Shown here: one piece after another, positions 38,468-48,700 of the stretch
Layout: each line of letters begins with the position of its first letter
Position numbering within the stretch: the stretch's first letter is position 1
NCBI GenBank assembly: GCA_964187785.1
Contig: OZ076409.1
Coordinates: 39,308,001 to 39,372,000 of the forward strand
From: Amphiscolops sp. MND2022
Taxonomy: Eukaryota
Direction: 5' to 3'
Length of the DNA stretch: 64,000 nt
Translations under genes and position numbers: made by a program
The notes under the pieces: generated by a model
Database searches by the model: none
The model's input: only the letters and a program-made list of their open reading frames with translations
What the model was told of the DNA's origin: nothing

Positions 38468-40630
38468 TGTTGGAACTCTCGTTCCTAGACAAACTAGTTT
38501 CTTCTAGCTCTACAGTAGGATTCCCGCTACTTTCAGTCCTGGTCGTCGAGTAACCTTGTTCAGAATAAACGCTCGATAAACTGTCAACTTTGGACGACAG
38601 GTTCTCAATCAATTTTAATATCTCACGTTGATTGAGTTCAGTGTCTTTGAGACGTTTGGAAATTCTATTCTCAATTTTATTGGATATGTCTTCAAAATCC
38701 CTTTCCGAAAGTGTGGTGTTTTCGTCGTTAACAGAGCTTGCGGTTTCTACGTCGAACTGGCTAGTCGACTGGTCACTCCTTAACTTCCGTTTTTGAGATT
38801 TCTCAGGCATCTTGTAAAAATAGTGGAGGAACAATATTCCAATTAAACTTGAATCGTTACAAACGTAATGGAGGCTTCAGTTCAATGATTTTCCAAAGTT
38901 TTCCGAAACAAAAGTAATTATATTAAGCAAAGGCAATTAACTCGATTATTACAAAAGTAAAATTTTCAGAGAATGATTAATCAAACGCACTTGAAAAAAT
39001 AAAATTGTCAACTATCTTTTCCTAATCCCGCTTCAGGTATTTATACTTTACGCTAGACACGCGGAGAAAACCCCGCGCGTGAATTCACACCTTGTTCACC
39101 TCGGCGTCCTTTCCGAAGCGGGGAAATCCAAATAAGGTATTCTTCCTCGGGACTCGGCATTCGGTTTCAACCCACTTTAAAGAAAAGTGGGAATTCACTT
39201 CCTGCCGCTTCCCAATTCCGCGTCCCTTTCTTCTTCATTCCCCGCCTTTTCAAGACGCCGAAGGTGAAGTTGGCACTGAAATTCATGAACCTAGCTACTG
39301 AAGCGGGAAAAGGAAATGAAATTATCACCGAACAATCCCAAATTTTACTACTAGTAATTTAAGGGAAACATCAAAGAAATAAACTAACAGCACTGATTTC
39401 TTCTAAATCAGATGATTATGGCCGTTAATTAGCACTTTAAATTGAAGCTAACGAAAAAGTCCTGGGTGAACGCCAGGTAACGAATTTCATTTAGAGTGAC
39501 CTGGCCGTTTGACCGGGCTATTGACTCAACTATGTATTAACAAAACATTGCATGTGAGGACTGGAAAAGGCAGCACTGGGGGTTGTTTTACTATATTATC
39601 GTCAAATATCACATTTAGCAGGGGCAACATTGTTATTAGGTTAACTATAGGGCATGTATTAATTGAATACGTTCGGTCAGCTGTCCAGGCTCTTGTGATA
39701 TTAAAGAAATTTAGCGCTTCGCCTGGGAAGTTGACTCAACTACAAGGTGGACCGAACGCGTTAAAAATACTACAAGCATCATCGATTATTACTCATTGGA
39801 AGTACTTTTGGTATTTAGCTTCTTTTAAGCCACAAAACATTTATCTAAAGTTAGCATCGATTATTTGTACTTGATTGATCAGTTAGAATGACTGAACGAG
39901 CGTCCCGGCGGTCGTCCCAGATTATAAATTTAGAACGGTCGTCCCGGTGGTCGTCCCAGATTATAAATTTAGAACGGTCGTCCCGGCGGTCGTCCCAATT
40001 ATCGGGATCGGCAAATCTTCAATCACACCTTTTCATGCTATAAATATCACGTTTTCGATCTTCACTATTGAATACTGCACAATTTAAGCTTCTTCTAAGC
40101 TTTGGATTTGTATTCACTTCACACGTGACGTCACTTAATATGTTAGCACTTTGATTAATTCGATCGAGCTCCCAGGCGTGCGTCCCAGTCTTTGCTGACT
40201 GGTGGCTTGACGAGTATAGTAGCTGAGTTAATACTGCACATTCGCGCTTGGCGCTGATTGGTTAATTAAAAGGACAGTGAGAATTAATGTGTTTTGCTAC
40301 GCAGATATTGGGACGGTAGGCTGGTCAGTGCGCTGGTTGGAATAACTTCAATCAGCGTATTGGTCAAGCTACTGCAAACAAATCACATTTACAACAAGTT
40401 ATTATTATTTAATTACTTACATATTTATGTATTTCAGGTACTGCAGAGGATTGATGATATTAATATTATGCACTTACAGGGTTGTTCAATATCAATGAGT
40501 GTTTGTTTGTTGATTGTTTCCTTTCAGGTTTGTGATGGTTTATTAGCTTCTTCTTGGTTAATTTCTCCATTTCTTTCCTCTGGCGTTCTCTCTGTTCTTT
40601 TTATTTCACGGCCCTGTGGCGGCTGTGACA
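38468..40630 (-). repeat. G2 3' LTR (2163 bp)
   Basis: Same length as 52142-54304; only 4 substitutions noticed by eye. Confidence 0.97.
39901..39997. repeat. 39-bp tandem repeat (2.5 units) in the G2 LTR; copy at 53575-53671
   Basis: Unit CGTCCCGGCGGTCGTCCCAGATTATAAATTTAGAACGGT. Confidence 0.92.
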
Positions 40631-41228
40631 GTCCCCTTCTTTGATGGGAGACGTCCATTGTGGGAAGAAGTGGTGAAATTGGCCTGAATGGGGAAGAGAT
40701 GGGAGGTTGAAATATAGACTGTACCATTGAATCATAAGACATCCAGGACGAATCTGTTGACCAGTCACTTCCTGAGAAGTAACCTATCGAACTAGAGTTA
40801 CTAGAGATGGGGCTTATTGTCCCATCGTGCGGCCCGTATAGCCAATTGTCCATATTCTCGTAGTTTCTAGGGGGGCTCATGAATTCGTCATCCGGGATAA
40901 TTGGGTTGAAGTTTGTAAATTTCCTGGATGGTAATGTATCTGATTGGGCTGTTTCTAGTATAGATATCGGCGCCGACTCATGGTAAAGGACAATATGTTC
41001 TGTCCCAGTATTGATAATCTCGTAAATATCCTCGATAATTGGTGTTTGAGTATTTTCGCAATTATCACCAAGCGCTGTAGGTGTTGAATGTGCGCGGGGG
41101 TTTACTGGGGCAGCGTCTTGGTCGCGGTCCAAAATGAAATAATCGGTTGAGGAATTGAGTGTCGATGAATTCATTTGATCCGATGAGTAAATAAATTGTA
41201 TGCAATAAATAGTAATAGTTGTAAGCAA
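40524..41228 (-). CDS. G2 ORF3: Ser/Pro-rich protein of unknown function; ends inside the 3' LTR
   Basis: 234-aa ORF at the same position as G1 ORF3; crosses the PPT/LTR junction as Q-R-R-G-L-S. Confidence 0.6.
   Translation of the reverse strand: MLTTITIYCIQFIYSSDQMNSSTLNSSTDYFILDRDQDAAPVNPRAHSTPTALGDNCENTQTPIIEDIYEIINTGTEHIVLYHESAPISILETAQSDTLPSRKFTNFNPIIPDDEFMSPPRNYENMDNWLYGPHDGTISPISSNSSSIGYFSGSDWSTDSSWMSYDSMVQSIFQPPISSPFRPISPLLPTMDVSHQRRGLSQPPQGREIKRTERTPEERNGEINQEEANKPSQT
40631..40642 (-). promoter_or_regulatory. G2 polypurine tract AAAGAAGGGGAC
   Basis: Immediately 5' of the TGTCACA start of the 3' LTR. Confidence 0.85.
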
Positions 41229-41456
41229 TGCTGAGCGGCTGTTCTGCGGAATGGTCGAGTAATTGAATGATAATTCCGTTCTTTTCTTCTGTTCACGCCG
41301 CTTGCATGAATGGGAAAGTTTTCAGCTGGCAGACTGAATGACTTCCATTACGTCATACTAATAGTATCGAATAATAATAATCTCATTGGTTTTACGCCAC
41401 GTCTTCTGTTGGTTTATCTCGGTAGTTATCTTTTAGATTGCTTTGGATAGTAGAAA

Positions 41457-44400
41457 ATGGCTGAGTCGACTGATGAGGATGCCGCGCGCTTTATGCGTTC
41501 GCGGGAGATTGGAGTATTGGAAAGTGAGTTCGAGTCGCGGGGCGGTGATGGAGAAAATACGGAGTGTGAGTTGACTTCTGGGAACGAGCAAGGATTGGGT
41601 GACGACAGTTCTGCTGCTGAGGGTCAATTGGTGATCGCAGAGGAGTCAGCTGATGTTGATCGTGAGGAAGTAGCACAGTCTCCTGTGATTGCTGGTTCTG
41701 CTGTTCGGCCCGCGGCTGGTTTCGGCCAGATTGACGAGAGTGATAGTGGAGAAGGCGATGTTGAAGGAGATGGAAACTGTGGCAACTCGGATCATTCCAC
41801 TGAGAGTGACAACAGACATTCTCTGGATTATCTTTGTGACCGACAGGGTAAGTCCTTTAGCTATTTGTTAGTGGCCAGCTAACAGTTTTATGCTAGTAAA
41901 CAGACGCGTCATTCTTCTAATGGAATATGGGTTTTGTGCAGGTGATAGTGATGATCCTCGTGATGCAGATTTTGTACCCGGTAGTTCTGTCGGTGGTTCT
42001 GGTGGGCGCCGTAGCAAGCGATTGCATTCTGTTCTTCCGGATGAGGCTACGAAACGCTCTCGGGTGTCTGTTGTGGATTCATCAGATGACGAGGGTAGTG
42101 ATGACTCACTGTTTCTGCAGTTGCCCAAATCCAGTAGGTATTCGTTCTGTCATGGTCGTGTTACATCAGGACTGGTGATGTTGAGTATTGATTGTTTTCC
42201 AGGTAATGCTTCGCCGATGCGTGGTGCGGGTACTCACCATGAGTCTGGTCCAGCTTCTGGCGATGTGACTTGCGGGACGTCTGCTAGCGTGGGTGGCACT
42301 GTTGCTTTCGAACCCGGGCCCTCTTCTGGGAAATCTCGGGAGCGCACCCAGCATTCTCGGCCTAGTGTAGGTCTGGAGCGTTCAGTCCTCCACAATGAAT
42401 GGGAGAAAGGTAACTATTTTTGGCGTTATGAACTTCGCTGCTTTATTTCCATGTCCTTCTTCGTATGCTCTGTAGGCTTGTGTCTCATCCTGGTTGGTTT
42501 CTTTAGCGGGTCTCTCGGATATCCCAGCTGGAGCGGTGTGCCTGTCCTCCTCACAAGTGCTGGCTTTCGGGCAGGCTGCTGTTCGACTGGAACGGAGTCA
42601 GAAACGGGAAGATGATCGTAGTCTGTCAAAACGTTAGTTTTCGTTGCATTTGAGTTTATTTATGTGTTTGTTGGTTGATCTATCGTCTGGTCTGTTCTCA
42701 CATTACTGGTTGTCTTCTATCAGTGTATGCTTTGGTGTATTGGTTTGTTTGTGTGTTTAGGTCTCACTGAAATCGTCCGCCTGTTGAAGTCAAAAGGGAT
42801 TTACATGCAGTCCAGACAGTCCCAGATAAGTGTGGAAGAAGAGACAAAACGCCGGCTCTTTGCTAAGTATGAGAGGAGGAAACTGCGACAAGTGGAGCGG
42901 AATGTACTGCGAAAGGAAATGGCTAGTCATCCATTGCCGCAGCTATTTGTGAGTCGCAGATCTGACCGGAATCCCAATGGGTTCAATTGTGCTGTGTGTC
43001 GCCGAGACGTGTCTTTCCTCAGTCGGGGTGAGCCGGAGATTTGGCGTCACTTTACCCGCAAGAGCCATTTCTTAAAGGATCGGCGTTATCGTCTGGACCA
43101 CGAAGATGTACTGTATACTACCCGATTCGATGAAGTGCCTGTGTCGTCTATTTCGGCTGAGTTGCGTGCAGAGATCGAGGAGACTCCTGTGGTAGTCTTG
43201 GGCAAGAAGAATCCTTTCATAGAAGATGAGGTCGATGCGTTAGTTGGGGTGGTGTCCAACGTGCCATCTTCAACTCTGGTTGGAGGCCTATTTGAATTGC
43301 TTCGGAGTGGGGGTTCTCATCGTTTTCTGAGACGGTTGTGGAGCCAATTTCAAGCGGCACTTCCAGTGGATTCAAATTGCGCGCAGGCGACCTGGAGCAA
43401 GACTGAAACGTTGGTGATTATTGGACAGACTCTATACCCCCGGATTCTCCGCCGGGTGCAAGGATGGGTGAAGGATTCCTTTGCCAGTGTTAGTCTGCGG
43501 GAGGATCGTGATGGTTTGCGTTTCAATGTACACTGTTTTGCTAGTGGTACTCTGCGTGAAGTTTGCATTTTGTGGGAACCTAACTCGCCGGGTCTCTGTG
43601 ATTCTGAAATTATTGGTCTGACGCGGATATTTGCAATTCTACCAGCCGGGCAGTCACCTGTTTGCCTGCGAGGGTTTTCATCGACTCTCTTCAATGTGGT
43701 GACCGAATGGTGTGTCGAGCAGTGTCGCCCCAAGCCCATGTTCATTTCTGAATATACCCCAAAAGTATTCAAAGAGCATGTGCAAGAAGCTGGTAAAAGT
43801 GGTTCTAGTGCTCTGGACTGCTTCGCTCTTCTGGACTATCTGTTGTTGCGTTTACAACGTGCTGTAAATCAGTCTTGGATGCTTGGACTTGCGACCTTGC
43901 GCCGTTGCATTCAACAGCGAGATATCCCTTTCACCTCTCTCAGTGTTGTTCTCGATGAGATCGTCAGTCATTGGGGAGATATTAAATTGTTCTTGGGGGA
44001 GGGTGGTGTTGTCTCGTCATCCCGGAGCAAAGTTCCGCAGGACCTGAGTCAGATGGTGTTGGCCGATGACCATATTTTGCCCCGACTGTGTGTGCTTCAA
44101 GTGCTGGTTCTGTGTTTCATGGCCAATTTTGAGAAACAGTTCGTGATGGAAATTACCGACTACAGTTGTCGAAATTATAGTGAATTCTGCTTCTTTTATT
44201 GGAGTCTTCTTGGCAAAGTTAAGAAGCTGTCCGAACTTCCTGAAATTGATGCCTGGAGCGAGTATGTCGGCAAACCCTTGACTACCTGGTCAAACCTCTC
44301 ATATGCGGAGTGTCTGGTTGGAGAGCCCATTGTGGTGAAGGCATTGGTTGGATCTACTGCTGCACTACGTCGTTCTTTCCTTCGCGAGGGTCACTCGCTG

Positions 44401-45384
44401 CTCATGGGATTTTTGAGAGTGTTGAATGAATCTGCCTTTATGAATTCTCGCTTGTCCTCCAGTTTGAGTTGTTTTTCGCCGGATATGTTGCTTCTTGGCG
44501 AGGAATCATATACTGTTGAGCTCTTTCGTGGTCTGGTTGCTTGTTACCTAGAGTGTGGACGTTTGACTGATGTAGAGGCCGAAGGGTCCTGTAATGAATT
44601 CAAGTCCTTCTTAGTGGAATTGCGTCGACGGAATCGCCGAGTGGTGTCCAACATCAAAGACACTTTTAGCTTCATGCGGGAGTCTGAGGCTTTCGGTTGT
44701 CGGGACCATTTGTCGCGTGTTGTTCAGTTGTCCTCAGTTCTGGTGGTACCCCGTGAGGTGTCATATCCTGATGTGGATATCTCGTTGAGTGGTGTAGCTG
44801 TTCCAGCAAAGATTCTTACTTCAGCTATTCTCTCTGTGCAGTCTTACGTTTCCTTCTCTGGGTTCAGTTCCGGGGAGTTGTTGACAAAAGACTGTCTGGA
44901 TGATTTAAAGGTCAATCTCCCTGCTGGAAAGAGTTTCATCGATGACGTTAGTTTCTCTCCATGGACATCGGTATATCAGCATTGCCACCAGGAGTTGTAC
45001 CGCAGTTTGCGTGATCGTTTCGACGCGTATTTCCTGGAACAGGTGGATGATTGGCGTCATCGTCTGGGCACTCTGTCAAAGATGGCTGTTGCAGGTACTG
45101 GTGGTTCTAGTGTTGCGCCGTCTGCCGATGCTGCTGTTGTCAGTCCGCAAGCTGGGGCAAGTGTGTCCCGTGATGCTGGTAGTATTCAAGGTGTTTCTCC
45201 CAGTGCGCCACCTCCTTCAGCTGCTAATGTTGTTGATAAGTCGCTACTGATGTGTAGTCCTGTGCGGTCAAGTGACGTTACCCGGGTTTTGCAGCAAAGA
45301 CGCCAGGAACGGAAAGAAATGTTGTCTTCGAATCAAGCTTCATCGAGTGCTTCAAAGGACAAGAAGAAAGGAAAGAGGCGATGA
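41457..45384 (+). CDS. G2 antisense 5-exon gene: 1174-aa zinc-finger, hAT-transposase-like protein (probably catalytically inactive)
   Basis: Exons 41457-41847, 41942-42133, 42203-42409, 42507-42617 and 42761-45384 total 3525 nt with no internal stop; all four introns are GT-AG, phase 1. Acidic N-terminus, FNCAVCRRDVS..H..RKSH finger, hAT-like blocks and a basic C-terminus KDKKKGKRR. Confidence 0.8.
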
Positions 45385-45706
45385 TGATTTCATAATTTGT
45401 TGGAACGTTGAACTGTGTATCTTTATAGTTTGGTCTTTATTGTTGTTGGCACTTTGTCTACTTTGTTCTGTATTATGTATGTTGTTGAATGGGCTGAGGT
45501 CTTTTAATCAAATGTAGTTAGTATTGCAGCCAAAGAAAAGGGAATGGATATATTTGTCCGTAGTGGGCATGGAGAGTCTGTAGTACATTTTTGGCTCTTT
45601 GTATTGTTTTTCCTTGAGTGCGTAGACGAGTTGTAGGGATTTGAGTCAGTTTTAGGTCAATTGAGTGAGTAGTAGGTGTACCATTTCATGAATTCATATT
45701 GGAAGT

Positions 45707-48700
45707 TTATTCATTTGAGCTAACAACCATTGGGTTGTAGTAGGCGTAGTCCCTTTTCCAATTTGAAGGGGGGTTGCTGCGAAGGTTATATTTGCCTTTG
45801 CGGGGGGAACTAGGCTCTGGGTTTGGGTTGGGTTCTGGTTGGGATTCCTGTTGTTCGGGTTGGGGTTCCGTTAGGATATCGTGGGTGTCATCCTGGGCAA
45901 TGTTTTCTAAGACGTCATGACTATCTGTCGGGTTGATTGCCGATTCGTTGTTGGAATCGTGGTTATGGGTCATCACAAAGTGTTCAAACCCTGATTGCCA
46001 GGCTAGGGCGTATAGATCATCGTGTAGGATTTCGACTTCATCGTCTGGTTGAAAGTCCTTGGTTTGAACTTGTATATCGGAAAGGCGATTTTTCGTGGGA
46101 CATGGTTTCAGTCGTATTCTGTGTAGAATTTGGGTCTTGTTCGTTTGTAATTTACGAACTAGGTAGTTGTTGTTGGGAAGGGTTTTAACTACTACGAATG
46201 GTCCTGTCCATAAATACTCGCGGAAAGGTAGTTTCGATCCCTGGTTGTTTGCCTGGGGGTGTAAGGCGTAGCAGTAGTCGTTTGCTGCTAGGGGGTGGGC
46301 AGAAGCTTTTTTATCGTAGTACTGTTTGTACCGTATGTAGGAGTGGAGGAGGTGTTTGGTTACTGATTGGTGTATCATCCGGGTCTTCTGGACGACTTCT
46401 TCGCCTATGTCTGTTTTTGGGTTTTGAGTTTGGTTCTGTTTGAGACCGAACTTTAAGTCAAGCACATTGTATGGTATTCTGCCATGGAATACTCTACTGG
46501 GTTCGCACCCTAGTGCTGAGTGGTAGGTTGTGTTGTAGTTTAGTGTGGCGGTTGGTACGAACTGGTGCCACATTGTTCTCCTTTCTCCTGTTGATATTTT
46601 CAGGGCTTCTTTTAAGGATGCATGACAGCGTTCTAGGATACCAATTGTTTGGGCATGTTTGGTAGTTGCGTGTCTCAATTGGATGCCTAGAACGCGTGTG
46701 GTGTCAGCCATTACTTCGGACATGAATTGAGTTCCTTTGTCAGTTATGATCGTTGTGGGCAGGTAAGCATGTCTTGTCATTATGTCTACCAGTACTCTTG
46801 CGATCGAGCGGGCATCTATTTTGGTGACACAATAGGTAAATAGATAGCGGGAAAAGACGTCCATGGCGGTGACTATCGCTGTGAATCCGTTGGATGGCTC
46901 GTCGAAGGGGACGATGTCCATTTGTAGGGCATCTTCGGGTCCCATTGCCAGTTTGGACGTGTCGATCATTGGTGGGGTTAGGAGGCGATTGTCTGTTCGT
47001 TTTGTTTGCATGCATTTCATGCATTGGTTGATATGTTTGGCTATCCTTGCTGCGAGACTTGGGTAGTAATACTTTTCTCTGCATTGTTGTATTACTTTCG
47101 TTATTCCCGGGTGTTTGTTATGCATTCCATGGTGTGCCTCGATGAAGGAGTCGACCAGATGCTCCGGGAGTAGTACTTGCAGGTGTTTGACTGTTCCGGT
47201 TTCTCCGAAGTACTGCCGGTATAGCAGCCCGTCCTTGAGTATGATTCTCGATTCTTGCGCTGTGTAACGGAGTGCCCTGTGGTCTGTGGCCATCAGGTGT
47301 TCATCGTATGGTTCCTTGAGGAGGCGCAGTTTGTAGTTTCTGAGGACACTGTCTTGGTCCTGTTGGTGTCGCATGTCAGTTGGGAGGGTGTTTTCTTTGT
47401 CTTCGGTGGTTTTGTTGTGTCTTGTTATTTCCGTTTGAAATATGACTGTGGTGTCTTCTGTTTGGACTGTTTCATTATTTGCTTCTTCTCCTGGCGTTGG
47501 CGGGGTGTCGTTCCCTAGAATTTTCTTGCGGGCTCTTTGCTTCCTCTCCCAAATCTGTTCTTCGGTTTCAATATCATCGTCGGGGAGGAAGTAGAACTGT
47601 TCCTCTTCTGCGACGTTGGAGGATTGAATGTGCACCTCTATTGGTGTTGTTTGAATGTCGTCTCGGATCAAGAGTTGGACTTTTTCCTTTGGGTCTAGGT
47701 CAAGTCGGGAAAGGAAATCAGCTGCGGTGTTCATGCGCCCTGGGACGTGGGCGATCGTAAAGTTGAATTGTAGGACGAAATCGCAGGCGTTCCACAAGGC
47801 TGGTGGTATTATTTTGGTTTGAAAAAACCGTGTGACGGACTTGTTGTCTGTTAGGACGATGACCGGTTTGGTCGATCCCCACAATATGTGGCTGTATTCC
47901 ATGAAGGCGAAATATATAGCCAAGAATTCTTTGGCATATATTGACATTTTGATTTGGGACGGAGAGAATGTCTTGGAACCAAACGCTACCGGGGCGTAAG
48001 TCTTTTTAACTGAGGTCAGTTTTTCATCAGCGTTTTCTTCAATCATGAGGGCGTAGCCTGCATTTTTGAAGTTCGCGTCTGTCATGAGGACGTACTGTTT
48101 GTTGGGTAGTGGTTGTTTCAGCCATAGCCCACAAGCGTTGTCAAGTGCCTTGTTGATGTTGTCAAATGTCCCTATGATCTCGTTTGTGATCTTGATTGGT
48201 TTGTCTGCCTTGACTAATTCGTGGAAGGGTGCTATCTTTTCGGAGAGGCGAGGTATGTAGTTTCGATAATAATTAACGAAACCAATATACCTCTGGAGGC
48301 CCTTTTTGGTTTTTGGGAACGACAGTTTTTGTAGGTAGTTCTTGATCTTGTGACTCTGTGGGGCGATTCCTTCGGGTGAGACTGTTCGTCCTAGGAATTC
48401 GACTTCCTTGGCACCGAACTGACATTTAGCCATTGTCAGACGCAGACCTGCTTCTCTTATGCACTGAAAGACCTCACGCAGGTTGTTCTTCAGCTCCTCG
48501 GCAGTATGGGTAGCTATCCCGATGTCGTCGACGTACTGGGCGCACTTGTCGGCTTTGATGACTCGGTCAAGGTATTCCCGCATAAAGCTCGAGAAGGAGG
48601 AGAGAGATCTGCTGAGCCCTTGTGCGAGTCGCAGGTAGGCGAATGTCCGACTGGCAAAGTTGAACGCCAGGAGTTCCACTGATTTCTGTCCGCCATTTGC

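Noticed and set aside
42410-42615. Transmembrane segment (FFVCSVGLCLILVGFF) in ORF 41890-42615
   Set aside because: It falls within the predicted intron 42410-42506; the spliced frame changes there. The hydrophobicity reflects a T-rich intron.
41229-45700. Accessory gene as a separate nested DNA transposon inside G2
   Set aside because: No TIRs or TSD seen around it, and a diverged homolog occupies the same position and orientation in G1.
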